Source: Aureliella sp.
Lineage (GTDB): Bacteria; Planctomycetota; Planctomycetia; Pirellulales; Pirellulaceae
DNA length: 64,000 nt
Reading direction: 5' to 3'
NCBI GenBank assembly: GCA_963691875.1
Contig: OY829846.1
Location: 3,104,001-3,168,000 of the forward strand
Numbering within the stretch: the stretch's first letter is position 1; every line of letters starts with the position of its first letter. The position numbers were made by a program, and so were the translations under genes. Under the pieces are notes generated by a model, which saw only the letters and a program-made list of their open reading frames with translations, made no database searches and had not been told where the DNA came from. Positions 1-10,667 of the stretch are shown here, in pieces.

Positions 1-1875
1 GCCACCCTCTATTTCCTGCTCACCGGCAAAGCGATGTTCACCGGTGAAATGATGCGGGTGGCCAAGTCACAGAGGGATGAGGCGCCCAAGCCGCTATACG
101 AACTGCGCTCCGATGTCGATTTGCGAGTCGACACAGTCTTCCAACGCCTTGTCGCCAAAATGCCATCCGATCGTTATGAATCGGCCGACGCTTTACTCGC
201 TCATATGACTGCTCTCGAGCTATCTGCAGAGCCCGGATCCGATACAACTCTCAATCGAACCAACTCCCGCCTCAAAGATGAATCCACGCCCAATTCGGGT
301 TTGGGGCAGTCAACGCTTGCGAAGAAGCCGCAGGTCGTCGGTATCGATCTAGGAATGCTCACCTCCTGCTCAGCAGTCTACGTGCCAGGCGAAGGGCCGC
401 AGGTCGTACCCCAGGGTGATCCAGCGAATCCGCTCTACTTACGAAACATGCTGTGGAGTTCTGACACAGAGGTTAGCATCGGGGCGGGGGCATCAGAAAA
501 ACGCCAGGTAGATCCTGACAAAATTTTCCATAGCATCCAACGTTGGATTGGCATGTCGCAGGTGCAGCGACCATTTGGCGGTGAAATCGTTCCGCCCGAA
601 GTGTTGCTCGCCGCACTGATTCGGCAAGTCATGTTGAATTCAGCCGAGGCAGCTGACGAGAGCACTAGCGCGATCGTCACTGTGCCAGCTTGCTACGGCC
701 AAACGCACCGACGGGCGATCCGCAACGCGTGCGTGATAGCCGGTGTTGACTTGGTGCAATTGCTAGACAAGCCCCTAGCTGCCGCTCTAACGTGGATCGA
801 ACTCAATGGTCGCATGTCGGAAAAGAGCCAAGCGAAGCGAGCTGCGGACGATCGACTTCTCGTTTTACAGCTAACTGGTGCTGGGTTGGACGCGAGCATC
901 ATTCACGCTCATGGCTCGGAAGTCAAACAACTTGGGCACTGCGGCAACTGGAAGCTCGGCCTGCAGCGTTGGCAACACATGCTGATTCAGTATTTCTCAG
1001 AACGCCTCAAGGAGATGACTGACAAGGACATTCGAACGGATGTCGGAGCTGCGACTCGGTTGCAACGCACGGTCGAAATCGCGATGAAGCAGCTAACCAG
1101 CAGCAGTAAAGTCGAAGTGCGTTTTGACTGGCTTGGTTCTTCCATCAAGCAAGTGATTACTCAAGCGGGACTCGTGAAGATTGCTCCAGACCTACCCCTT
1201 TGCATCCAGCAGAGCATCGCCGGAGCGTGCGAGCTCGCGAACACAGACCCAAGTGAAATTGATCAAGTTCTGCTGGCTGGTTCGATGACTCGCATGAAGT
1301 CGGTGCAAAAGATTATTACCGATGTAATTCCGCACGATGTTGGCGTCAGTTGGATGGAACAAGCTGACTTGGCTCGCGGGGCGGCGATCATGGCACGGCA
1401 AGTCTCCTCACTTTCTCAGAACGAACTCTTACCTAGTGCCGTTTCCTGCGCCAGCTTGGACGTCGCATTGCTTGCAGATTCACCGGATAGTGTGCAGAAA
1501 CGACCGAAAGTCTTGATTGAAGGCGGAAAAACCATTCCGACTTCGCACACTCGCACGCTTCGCCCACGCAGTACGGGCAAGGGGGCATTGCTGCCGACTA
1601 TTCAGCTGATCGAAAGCAGTTCTCAAGGCAGCGGTCGCAACTGGCTCAAACTTGGACGGATCAAACCCAGCGACGCCTTTCCAGATTTGACCGCCGATGG
1701 CTCGCTGCAACTCCGACTGGAAATCGACACGAGCGGGATACTTTGCTCGACCCTCTTTGATCCAACTTCGAACGAATCTGTCATGCTTCCCGGCTCCTCG
1801 GATCCAGAGCTTACTACGGAGGAACTGGGACGCTGGCGCAATTGGCTCGAGGAAGTCATGCTGCTTCTCGGCTAA
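1..1875 (+). CDS. Ser/Thr protein kinase (C-terminal lobe; 5' truncated by window) fused to Hsp70/DnaK-like domain
   Basis: Frame is open from base 1 and reads ATLYFLLTGKAMF...RLVAKMPSDRYESA (kinase subdomains IX-XI). It continues into Hsp70 NBD motifs VVGIDLG, AIVTVPA, KPLAAAL, VLLAGSMTRM, LARGAA. Confidence 0.8.
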   Translation, partial: ATLYFLLTGKAMFTGEMMRVAKSQRDEAPKPLYELRSDVDLRVDTVFQRLVAKMPSDRYESADALLAHMTALELSAEPGSDTTLNRTNSRLKDESTPNSGLGQSTLAKKPQVVGIDLGMLTSCSAVYVPGEGPQVVPQGDPANPLYLRNMLWSSDTEVSIGAGASEKRQVDPDKIFHSIQRWIGMSQVQRPFGGEIVPPEVLLAALIRQVMLNSAEAADESTSAIVTVPACYGQTHRRAIRNACVIAGVDLVQLLDKPLAAALTWIELNGRMSEKSQAKRAADDRLLVLQLTGAGLDASIIHAHGSEVKQLGHCGNWKLGLQRWQHMLIQYFSERLKEMTDKDIRTDVGAATRLQRTVEIAMKQLTSSSKVEVRFDWLGSSIKQVITQAGLVKIAPDLPLCIQQSIAGACELANTDPSEIDQVLLAGSMTRMKSVQKIITDVIPHDVGVSWMEQADLARGAAIMARQVSSLSQNELLPSAVSCASLDVALLADSPDSVQKRPKVLIEGGKTIPTSHTRTLRPRSTGKGALLPTIQLIESSSQGSGRNWLKLGRIKPSDAFPDLTADGSLQLRLEIDTSGILCSTLFDPTSNESVMLPGSSDPELTTEELGRWRNWLEEVMLLLG

Positions 1876-2075
1876 GGCAGAAGGCGAGTCAGAAATTGCC
1901 AGTCCATGTTCGTTTTCACACAGCATTCGCCTGCGCGAAGACACTTTGCACTGGTAGAAGCTCTTCTGCCAGTCGCCTAAGATCGGAAAGCCGCTGCGCT
2001 CGCGACCTTACCTAGATTCTGAGTCTCCGTTAAGCTATCCCCGAATCAACCGGACAAAGCTTTATTGGATAGACC

Positions 2076-2684
2076 ATGTTCTCGGAACAGACAGAGCCAG
2101 TTTCTCTCGCCATCGTTCACTTTCCACATCCTACGTTGCGTTACGAAGCCAAGCCTGTGCGGCGCGTCGACAAGGAACTTCGAAACATGGTCGCCCAGAT
2201 GTTCGACCTCATGTACGAGCATCATGGAGTCGGCTTGGCGGCAACGCAAGTGGATTTACCCTTACGGATGTTTGTGATGAATCCAAGCGGACAGAAGGGC
2301 GAAGGCGAAGAATGGGTAGTACTGAATCCGGTGCTTACCAAACCCAAGGGCAATGAGGAGGCTGAGGAAGGATGCTTGAGTTTGCCGGGCATTCATGGAA
2401 ACGTGATTCGCTCCAAGTCCATCCATCTTAATGGTTTTGACCTCAAGGGAAATGAGCTCAACGTCACCTTGACGGGTTTTGAAGCTCGCATCGCCCAGCA
2501 TGAGGTCGATCATCTCGACGGCACCATGTTTATTGACCGCCTCAAGGAAGGCGTGGTCAATGAGTTGCTCGGCGAGCTCGATGCGCTCGAAACCGAATTT
2601 CGCTCCAAACAACGCACTGGCGCGATTCCCGAAGACGCAGAGCTACTTGAGCGTCTCGGTGATTTAGAATCCCGCTACTGTTGA
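2076..2684 (+). CDS. def: Peptide deformylase
   Basis: GVGLAATQ, EGCLS and QHEVDHLDG motifs. Confidence 0.97.
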   Translation: MFSEQTEPVSLAIVHFPHPTLRYEAKPVRRVDKELRNMVAQMFDLMYEHHGVGLAATQVDLPLRMFVMNPSGQKGEGEEWVVLNPVLTKPKGNEEAEEGCLSLPGIHGNVIRSKSIHLNGFDLKGNELNVTLTGFEARIAQHEVDHLDGTMFIDRLKEGVVNELLGELDALETEFRSKQRTGAIPEDAELLERLGDLESRYC

Positions 2685-2858
2685 GAATACGAGCCCAGGC
2701 CAGAAGGTGAACCAAGACAAAGACGTCGCGCGAGTCACTTGAGTGTTCAAATCTGGCGAGGCGGTTTGCTTCTGCATCACGCGAGACATAGAAGCAAATC
2801 GAGCCCGCGGCTGGGCGATAAACAAAAAAGTGGCTTCGGCGCGGCGTCCTGCACTGCA

Positions 2859-4214
2859 CTAGCTCTGGATGATGTCGGTGACGACTCGGCCGTAGACGTC
2901 GGTAAGTCGGTAGTCGCGGCCGGCGTAACGGTAGGTTAACTGCTCGTGGTTGATCCCGAGCTGATACAAGATGGTCGCGTGAAGATCATGCAAGTGCACC
3001 TTGTCTTGCTCAGCATAGTAGCCAAACTCATCGGTGCTTCCATGGCGATATCCGGCTCGCATGCCGCCGCCTGCCATGAAAACGGTATAGCCAAATGGAT
3101 TATGATCTCGGCCATTGCTACCCTGGCTAGAGGGAGTCCGGCCGAATTCGCCACCCCATAGCACCAATGTTTTTTCGAGCAGTCCGCGTTGCTTGAGGTC
3201 TTGTAGCAGGCCAGCGATAGGCTGGTCCACTGCAACAGCATTGTTGATGTGCCCTTCCTTGAGCTTGGAATGCTGGTCCCAGCGATCAGCTTTGACTCGC
3301 GGTGAAAACAGCTCAACAAAACGCACACCGCTTTCCACTAGCTTGCGGGCAATCAAGCACCGAGAGCCAAACTTGCGGCAGCGCGGATCGTCCAGGCCGT
3401 AGAGTCTATGGATGCTTTTGGTTTCGCGGGAAATATCGAGTAAATCAGGAACAGAATTTTGCATCCGTGCTGCTTTCTCGTAGCTTTCGATTTGCGATTC
3501 GAGACCCGAGTGAGGCGAAGACAGGCGAGCAAAACTCCGAATTGCCCTGAGTTTTGCGTTTTGAACCTGCGGCGAATCCGCTGGCGATAGGAACTCGACC
3601 GGAACCGCGCCGTCATGAAATTTGGCGCCGGAAAAACTGCTTGGTAGGAAGCCTGAACTCCAACTCGCCGCGCCTCCGCTTGGTGATTGTCCACAGTCGA
3701 GTACTACAAAACCAGGAACGTTATCGTTCTCGGTCCCAAGTCCGTATGTTACCCAAGAACCGATACTGGGGCGTCCTGCCATTGGGTCACCGGTATGGCT
3801 CATGTAACAGCCAGCCGAGTGATTCGAAACCCCGTGATGCATCGAATGTATAAAGGTGAGGTCATCCATGCAGCCGGACAGATGCGGAAAGAGCTCGCTG
3901 GCCCATCCTCCGCTTTCGCCATAGCGCGAGAACTTGAAGGGCGAAGCCATGATCTTGTTGGAACTATTGAAGACCGTTGCAGGTTTGTCGAAAGGAAGTG
4001 GCTTACCGTGCTCTTTTTCGAGCCGTGGTTTGGGCTCGAAGGTATCGACTTGGCTCGGCCCACCTTCCATGTAGAGGTAAATCACCGATGTTGCAGCCGT
4101 TTCCTTCACACGAGTTGCGTCACCTGCACAAATTCCTTGTAACGCTAACGCACCGAATCCGCCCAAAGAGCTTTGCAAAAACTGTTGTCTTGTCAGCCGC
4201 ATGAAGCTACTCAA
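2859..4214 (-). CDS. DUF1501 domain protein (planctomycete sulfatase-like family)
   Basis: GGPSQVDTF, WDQH, GEFGRTP and GRDHNP motifs; likely start ATG at 4202; overlaps the upstream PSD1 gene. Confidence 0.9.
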   Translation of the reverse strand: MSSFMRLTRQQFLQSSLGGFGALALQGICAGDATRVKETAATSVIYLYMEGGPSQVDTFEPKPRLEKEHGKPLPFDKPATVFNSSNKIMASPFKFSRYGESGGWASELFPHLSGCMDDLTFIHSMHHGVSNHSAGCYMSHTGDPMAGRPSIGSWVTYGLGTENDNVPGFVVLDCGQSPSGGAASWSSGFLPSSFSGAKFHDGAVPVEFLSPADSPQVQNAKLRAIRSFARLSSPHSGLESQIESYEKAARMQNSVPDLLDISRETKSIHRLYGLDDPRCRKFGSRCLIARKLVESGVRFVELFSPRVKADRWDQHSKLKEGHINNAVAVDQPIAGLLQDLKQRGLLEKTLVLWGGEFGRTPSSQGSNGRDHNPFGYTVFMAGGGMRAGYRHGSTDEFGYYAEQDKVHLHDLHATILYQLGINHEQLTYRYAGRDYRLTDVYGRVVTDIIQS

Positions 4215-6669
4215 TCCAAATAAATTCGGGGTGATTCCAGATTAGATGGGCAAGATGCATCCATTTATGTTCCAGGCTTTTCTGTGATGTGGATAGATCA
4301 TGCAGAAGAAGTTGAATCACTTCTGTCTCGGCGACTGTTGGCCCTCGGCTCAGGCTAGAAAGCCACAGGTTGTGCAAGGTTTCTTCGAAACTACTAGCGG
4401 CTTCGCACTCGGCTAACGATACTGCCCAATGCTTCGCCAACTCCAAGACCAAAGGACTATTCAGCATTGCTAACGCCTGGCCCGGATCTTGGGTCACATT
4501 TCGCTGGCCATTTGATTTGCCGCGATCCGGGAAATCGAACTTCTTGAGGAACGGATCATAAAAGTTCCGTCTGACTTTCAAGTAGACACTTCGTCTTCCT
4601 TTACCATCCAAAGGTCCTGAATTCGGTATGTTGCTTGGCTTGTTAGCTGTAGCGTAGCTGGGGACAAAACAATCGACGCTTGAACCAGCCATCTGTGAAT
4701 CCAAACGCCCCGCGGTGAGGACAAGGGAATCACGGATCTGCTCGGCGGTCATTCGTCGCTTTGAGTAATGAGAGAGCAACTGATTTTCTGGATCTCGCTC
4801 GATAGCGGGAAAACTCGCGACTGAAGATCTTCTAAATGCATCAGACATCAGCACTTCGCGAATTAACAGTTTCGTCGAGTAGTCATTCTGCCTGAGTCTT
4901 CGGGCGAGGTAATCGAGCAGCTCAGGGTGACTTGGCGGTGTTCCTAGTTGCCCGAAATTGCTAGGCGTTGGTACCAAGCCAGAGCCAAACAGTTGTTGCC
5001 AGATGCGGTTTGCCCAGACCCGTTCAGTCAATGGATTGTCTGGCGCTACAAACTGCTCCGCCAACCAAAGCCGGCCACTGCTTTCGCCAGGGTTCGGCAA
5101 AGGCTTGCTCCCCAGGGCCTCAAGGAATCGCCGCGGAATCACTTCGCCAGGTTTGCCAACTTCGCCGCGAATCAACAGGTTTGCGTTCTGGGTTGTTGCG
5201 TCTTGTGCTGATCGCACCCAAGCTGGCCAAGATGGGTCGACTTCAGAAAGTTTGCCCATCATGGCAAACAGTTTCTGGGTATCGCCAGGAGCTTGGATAC
5301 CCAGTTCATCGCTGATCGGAAAGTATTCCTGATTGGTCTTGGGCGATTGCGCGGCCCTCCGCCCCTTGCGCTTCTGCTCAAGAAAATTCTGGTATGCGGT
5401 TTCTTGCTTCTTCAATTCACTCTTTGATTCATCATCAAGTTCAGCTCGACGCGGTGCCACGCGTTTCGTCCCCTGCTCAGTACTCAAAAAGAATCCAGCT
5501 AGGGCGTAGTAATCTGCTTGACTGATAGCATCAAACTTGTGGTCATGGCATCGGGCGCACTCCGTCGTGATACCCAGAAATGCTTTTCCTGCCACATCGA
5601 CCTGCGCGTTGATTTCATCCCAACGCTGTTTGACTGGATCCACTGACATGAAGTGCATTTCATGCATAAACAAAGAGCCCGTTGCCGTGGCCGATCGCAA
5701 CGTACCTCGCTGAATGCGGGCTGGATATGTGGTTGTGTCAGAAAGGAGGTCGCCGGCGAGATGTTCGACAACAAATTGGTCATAGGGCACATCGTCGTTG
5801 AAGGCATCAATCACATAGTCTCGATACTTCCAGGCAAAGGGGCGTTCCTGGTCCGTAACGTGTCCCTTGGTTTCGCTGTAACGAACCAGGTCCAGCCACA
5901 TTGTCGCCCAGTGTTCACCCAAACGCGGACTCGCCAGCAAGCGATCCACCGTGCTTTCCCAGGCTCTATCTGGATCGATCTGGTGCTCTCGTAGAAAACG
6001 CTGCAGTTCTTGGGGCGTTGGTGGAAGTCCATGCAAGGAAAACTTCAGACGCCGTAGCAGTAAGGCTGGCTGTGCTTCCTGCGATGCATGCATCTGCTTT
6101 TCATCCAGCTTTCGCTGAATCCAGTAGTCGATGCTCTCGCCACGGTCCGCTGCCCGCACGGGTTGCCAAGACCAATGCGAGTCGCGTCGTGCCTGCAGAT
6201 CAAAACCGCTCTGGGACAGCTCACCGTCGCGTGGATCGATCGCGCCTTCACGAATCCAAGACTTGAAATCTCGAATGACCGCGTCGGGCAACTTACTTTC
6301 CGGAGGCATTTGCAGATCACGATCTGAGTACTTCAAAGCGTGGATTAGGAGACTTTTATGTGGATCGCCAACTTCGATTGCAACTCCGCTATCTCCGCCT
6401 CTTTGCCAGCCAGTGCGAGAGTCGAGCAAGAGGCCTCCCATCGCCTCATCTTGGTCGCCGCTATGACACTCGTAGCAGTGTTCGACCAGAATGGGACGAA
6501 TCTTGTTCTCGAAAAAGTCGAGCTTGCCTGCATCCGTTTCCTGTGCCTTTCCCAGGCAAGGACTCATCAGGATGAGAAAGGGGCAGAATCGCCATGGATG
6601 CAGCATCCAATTGCCAGGTGGGAAGTTTTTCATGGTAGGTGAGAGCGCGAAAGGACCACAACACCCCAA
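4207..6669 (-). CDS. Planctomycete cytochrome c / DUF1549 / DUF1553 (PSD1) protein
   Basis: FFENKIRPILVEHCYECH, CARCHDHKFD, WLDLVRY and PSHPELLDYLA motifs; true start probably near 6633-6600. Confidence 0.92.
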   Translation of the reverse strand: MGCCGPFALSPTMKNFPPGNWMLHPWRFCPFLILMSPCLGKAQETDAGKLDFFENKIRPILVEHCYECHSGDQDEAMGGLLLDSRTGWQRGGDSGVAIEVGDPHKSLLIHALKYSDRDLQMPPESKLPDAVIRDFKSWIREGAIDPRDGELSQSGFDLQARRDSHWSWQPVRAADRGESIDYWIQRKLDEKQMHASQEAQPALLLRRLKFSLHGLPPTPQELQRFLREHQIDPDRAWESTVDRLLASPRLGEHWATMWLDLVRYSETKGHVTDQERPFAWKYRDYVIDAFNDDVPYDQFVVEHLAGDLLSDTTTYPARIQRGTLRSATATGSLFMHEMHFMSVDPVKQRWDEINAQVDVAGKAFLGITTECARCHDHKFDAISQADYYALAGFFLSTEQGTKRVAPRRAELDDESKSELKKQETAYQNFLEQKRKGRRAAQSPKTNQEYFPISDELGIQAPGDTQKLFAMMGKLSEVDPSWPAWVRSAQDATTQNANLLIRGEVGKPGEVIPRRFLEALGSKPLPNPGESSGRLWLAEQFVAPDNPLTERVWANRIWQQLFGSGLVPTPSNFGQLGTPPSHPELLDYLARRLRQNDYSTKLLIREVLMSDAFRRSSVASFPAIERDPENQLLSHYSKRRMTAEQIRDSLVLTAGRLDSQMAGSSVDCFVPSYATANKPSNIPNSGPLDGKGRRSVYLKVRRNFYDPFLKKFDFPDRGKSNGQRNVTQDPGQALAMLNSPLVLELAKHWAVSLAECEAASSFEETLHNLWLSSLSRGPTVAETEVIQLLLHDLSTSQKSLEHKWMHLAHLIWNHPEFIWIE

Positions 6670-6903
6670 TTAGTCTATCACAGGCTGCGTTTTTCACGAA
6701 AGTTTTGCCGAGCTGTCGTCTTGGGGCAACAGAACTGCTATGCCTGCGGGGAGCGTGGCATATGTACAAGCTAAGTATGTGTGTATCGCGAGTTCCACCG
6801 TGATGCTGATAGCTGCCATCAATTGGTTTAGAATAGCGTCCTCAATGAAACTGCACTGAAATGCAGAATTTCCGCATTTAATGGAAAAGTCAAAGGCGTC
6901 GCG

Positions 6904-8280
6904 ATGCTCGACTTTATTGGCAAAGGCAAATCACACAATTGCAACGGTCGCAATCGTCGCGATTTCCTTCAAGTAGGAACCCTGGGTGCCGCTGGGCTGA
7001 CTCTGCCCAATTGGGTTCAAGCTCGAGAGCAAGGACAGGTCGATCCTAGCAAAGACAACAAGTCGTGCATCCTGATCTTCAATCTTGGCGCTCCAAGTCA
7101 TATCGATACCTTCGATATGAAACCGGATGCGCCTGCTGAGATTCGTGGCCCCTTTAAGCCGATCCCGACCAACGTGCCAGGAATTCAGCTTTCCGAAATT
7201 CTGCCAGAGCATGCGAAGATTGCGGACAAGATTGGATTCGTTCGCTCCTGCTTCCACCGCGGCGCAGCGGTCCACGACTCCGGTTGGCAGATCATGCAAA
7301 CGGGGCGGCTTTTCACCGGCGGTGTCGACACCCCTCACGTGGGATCTGCACTTTGGTATCTACAAGGTGCCCGAAGCGATCTTCCACCTCATGTTGTGCT
7401 GCCCGAAACCATGGGACGTGGCGGCGGAAACTTACCGAATGGACAAGCGGGCGGATTCCTTGGCAAGGCGTATGATCCTTTTGCCTTGATGGCTGATCCC
7501 TCAAAGGAAAAATTCGAAGTACCCGACTTATTGCCTCCTGAGAATATTCCAGCGGCAAGGTTGGAACGCCGACGCAAACTGCGAGCGGCGGTGGAAGAGT
7601 CGATGACTCAGTTCGAGTCGAGCGAAAGTGCAAAGATTATGAGCGAGCACTTCGATACGGCCTATCGACTCATGACGAGCCCACAAGCTCGAGATGCATT
7701 CGACCTCTCGAAAGAGCCCAAGCAAGTGCGGGAACGCTACGGCATGAATCGCTTTGGTCAGTGCCTGCTACTAGCGCGGCGATTAATCGAAGCGAAGGTC
7801 CGATTCGTCACAGTGAATACTTTTCTCACGGTCTTCGATGAGATTACTTGGGATATTCACGGAAGCAAACCCTTTACATCGATCGAAGGCATGAAGAACA
7901 TTGTGGCTCCTATGTACGACCAAGCGTACTCGGCTTTGATTACCGACTTGGACCAGCGTGGTTTGCTGGATGACACGATGGTGGTCAACATGGCCGAGTT
8001 CGGACGCACACCCAAGGTTAATCCGGCGGGTGGTCGTGACCATTGGCCACAGTGCTACACGGTCTACTTTGCTGGCGGTGGTGTCAAAGGCGGGCAAGTC
8101 GTCGGTGCCAGCGATCCGATCGGCGCTGTTCCTGAAGATCGGCCAACAGAGCCGCCCGAAATTGTCGCCACTATCTTTCATGCGATGGGAATCGACTTGA
8201 AAGAGCACATACCCGGCCCTGGCGGCAGGCCTTTTCCAATCGTTGACAGTGGATTCCGCGAGATTCATGAGTTGTTTTAA
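6904..8280 (+). CDS. DUF1501 domain protein with Tat-like N-terminus
   Basis: NRRDFLQVG twin-arginine motif; GAPSHIDTFD, WDIHG, EFGRTP and GRDHWP motifs. Confidence 0.92.
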   Translation: MLDFIGKGKSHNCNGRNRRDFLQVGTLGAAGLTLPNWVQAREQGQVDPSKDNKSCILIFNLGAPSHIDTFDMKPDAPAEIRGPFKPIPTNVPGIQLSEILPEHAKIADKIGFVRSCFHRGAAVHDSGWQIMQTGRLFTGGVDTPHVGSALWYLQGARSDLPPHVVLPETMGRGGGNLPNGQAGGFLGKAYDPFALMADPSKEKFEVPDLLPPENIPAARLERRRKLRAAVEESMTQFESSESAKIMSEHFDTAYRLMTSPQARDAFDLSKEPKQVRERYGMNRFGQCLLLARRLIEAKVRFVTVNTFLTVFDEITWDIHGSKPFTSIEGMKNIVAPMYDQAYSALITDLDQRGLLDDTMVVNMAEFGRTPKVNPAGGRDHWPQCYTVYFAGGGVKGGQVVGASDPIGAVPEDRPTEPPEIVATIFHAMGIDLKEHIPGPGGRPFPIVDSGFREIHELF

Positions 8281-10642
8281 AAGACTTGCTACGTTGGCAA
8301 GCCATCCTTGTAAGTGGCAACAGAGAAGAAAAGTGCACCCGAGTAAGTGGCCAACCTGTTTCGCATCGGTGTTTCTGATGCTCATGCTAATCGCGAGCAT
8401 CGGGGAGTGGGCTCAAGCGACTGCTTTGCCTGGACAGGCACAAGAGAGTTTCAATGTTGGTGGAAAAGAAGCTGCAGTAAAGAACAGTGCTGGGGAAGAA
8501 GACACCCTAACGCCCCCAAGCCCTACTTCAACCGAGCGGAGTAACGACGGCGAGGCACAGCAACCAGAATCACAAATTCCCGCACCGAATGCTACAGCAG
8601 ATGTGAAGCAGCCGGTCGGTTCTCTCGAGGAGCTCGAGCATCTCTCGCCGGAGGACATTGTTAGTCAGCAGCTTTTCCTGCGTCGTGCGACGGTGCGAGA
8701 AAATCTAGACAGTATTCGCTCCGATCAGACAGATCATTTCATGCGTCTGAGCGAGGGTGACGGCCAGTTTGTCGCGAGGGTCCATGCGAATGAGAGGCAG
8801 TTCAATGCACTTCGGCTCACAAACGGCTCGAATCAGTCTGTGACAGGATTCGTTGAGGAAAGACTAAACGATGGAGAATCGGGAGAATTTCAGCTACGCG
8901 TCTCCTCGCTTAATGACATTTCGGTGCTGAAGCTGGGGGCAGTTGTTGAAGATCCACTGTTTTGGGTCGTAGTCGGAGTTCTGCTATCGCTGGTTTTGAT
9001 TGGTACAAGTTTGGTGTGGAAATTGCGTGGCCAAGTCGGAGAACAGTCCGAAGACATGGCTTTGTTAATTGCTAGGCTCAATGCTACCTATGATGCCGTC
9101 CGCGAGGGACTGTTGGCCGTTGATGAACGCGGTCGAGTACTAACCGTCAATCCAAAGTTTCGTGAGCTCGTCGGCGTGGAACTCGCCCCAGGTGGAGACG
9201 ATACGGACCCAAGTTGGATCGTGCAGCAGATCGCCAACCGATTTGAGTCCAGCGAAGCTTTTCTGAATGCTTGGCAGCAGACTCGCAGCGTCCCTGAGTC
9301 TACCTTGACGTTGGAGCTCTTGACTGTCGATCCTCAGCCACGAACCTTGGTTGTGTTCACCGCACCCGTTTCCGCTCCAACCTCAGGCATAAACAATGAA
9401 CGGCTTGAGAACAGGATTTGGACTTTTGAGGATGTATCGGAACGAAAGCAACTAGAAGCCGATTTGATTCAATCGCAAAAGATGGAAGCGGTAGGAAGAT
9501 TGGCTGGAGGCGTCGCGCACGACTTCAACAATCTCTTGCTCGCGATCACGGCCAACCTTGAGCTCGCGCGAATGCAGTCGGAGTTTGAATCGAACAGCGA
9601 ATACCTGGAAGCAGCTGAGCAAGCGTTAGAGCGAGCGTCAAAGTTGGTCAAACACCTGCTCGGTTTTTCAAGAAAAAGCGTGCTGGAACTGCGGGTCCGC
9701 GATCCCAACGAAGTCGTGCGTCGGATCGAAAGCTTGCTCGACAGAATCCTGAATGCGGAAATAGTGTTTCGTGTAGATCTTGCTGGCGATACTTGGAATG
9801 TCAATATGGATGACACTCATATCGAGCAGGTGCTGCTGAACCTTTGCCTCAATGCGCGAGACGCTTGCCTCGGCTCGGAGAGTTTGATCGAGATAACCAC
9901 AAGCAATCTACCCAGACCCGAGCTTGCTCAAGCTATTGAACAAGGCGAGCTACCCCCGACACGAGAGCGAGATTACGTTCGCATTACGGTCCAGGATAAT
10001 GGCACGGGAATCAATGAAGATGTGCTTGGAAAAGTTTTCGACCCATTTTTCACTACCAAAAAACAAGGCAAAGGAACTGGCCTCGGCTTGTCGATGTCAC
10101 TCGGAATTGTGGAACAGCATGAAGGCGTCCTGCACTTAGATTCCAAGCCGGGGCAAGGTACTCGATGCGATCTTTTGTTACCGCGAACCTTGGCGCCGAT
10201 CAATCCTGCCGATAGCCAGATCGGTCGATTGGAAAAAACTGACATCAAGTCCGCCAATATTTTGCTGGCCGATGACGACGAGCTGGTTCGCGAATCCACC
10301 GCAAACGCACTCAAGGCAAATGGCTACGCGGTAACTTCGGTGAGCAATGGTGTCGATGCTTTGATTCACTTGAGAAGCTCAAGTAAGTTTGCTGTTGCCA
10401 TTGTCGACTTCTCGATGCCCGGGATGTCTGCCGTGGACTTATTCCAGAGAATCCGCGAATACCAAAGCGAGTTGCCTCTGATCGTCACGAGTGGCTACTC
10501 GATCGAACTCGATGCAGTTGAAGAACAGGCGAGGCAACCGGTGAACTTCTTGGCAAAACCTTATCGTACAGTTGCCCTGGTAGATACCATCAATCAAGCA
10601 GTAGCACCGCTGACGACTAAAAGCCCCGGCCCTTCACCTTAA
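8243..10642 (+). CDS. Membrane-anchored hybrid sensor histidine kinase (PAS-HisKA-HATPase-REC)
   Basis: QKMEAVGRLAGGVAHDFNNLL H-box, NARDA, DNGTG, FFTTK, GTGLGL and a C-terminal receiver (ADDD...VDFSMP...KP). One TM helix; real start probably about 8333-8378. Confidence 0.9.
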   Translation: MTVDSARFMSCFKRLATLASHPCKWQQRRKVHPSKWPTCFASVFLMLMLIASIGEWAQATALPGQAQESFNVGGKEAAVKNSAGEEDTLTPPSPTSTERSNDGEAQQPESQIPAPNATADVKQPVGSLEELEHLSPEDIVSQQLFLRRATVRENLDSIRSDQTDHFMRLSEGDGQFVARVHANERQFNALRLTNGSNQSVTGFVEERLNDGESGEFQLRVSSLNDISVLKLGAVVEDPLFWVVVGVLLSLVLIGTSLVWKLRGQVGEQSEDMALLIARLNATYDAVREGLLAVDERGRVLTVNPKFRELVGVELAPGGDDTDPSWIVQQIANRFESSEAFLNAWQQTRSVPESTLTLELLTVDPQPRTLVVFTAPVSAPTSGINNERLENRIWTFEDVSERKQLEADLIQSQKMEAVGRLAGGVAHDFNNLLLAITANLELARMQSEFESNSEYLEAAEQALERASKLVKHLLGFSRKSVLELRVRDPNEVVRRIESLLDRILNAEIVFRVDLAGDTWNVNMDDTHIEQVLLNLCLNARDACLGSESLIEITTSNLPRPELAQAIEQGELPPTRERDYVRITVQDNGTGINEDVLGKVFDPFFTTKKQGKGTGLGLSMSLGIVEQHEGVLHLDSKPGQGTRCDLLLPRTLAPINPADSQIGRLEKTDIKSANILLADDDELVRESTANALKANGYAVTSVSNGVDALIHLRSSSKFAVAIVDFSMPGMSAVDLFQRIREYQSELPLIVTSGYSIELDAVEEQARQPVNFLAKPYRTVALVDTINQAVAPLTTKSPGPSP

Positions 10643-10667
10643 AGTCTGAAGGATATCCTCAAGCGCC

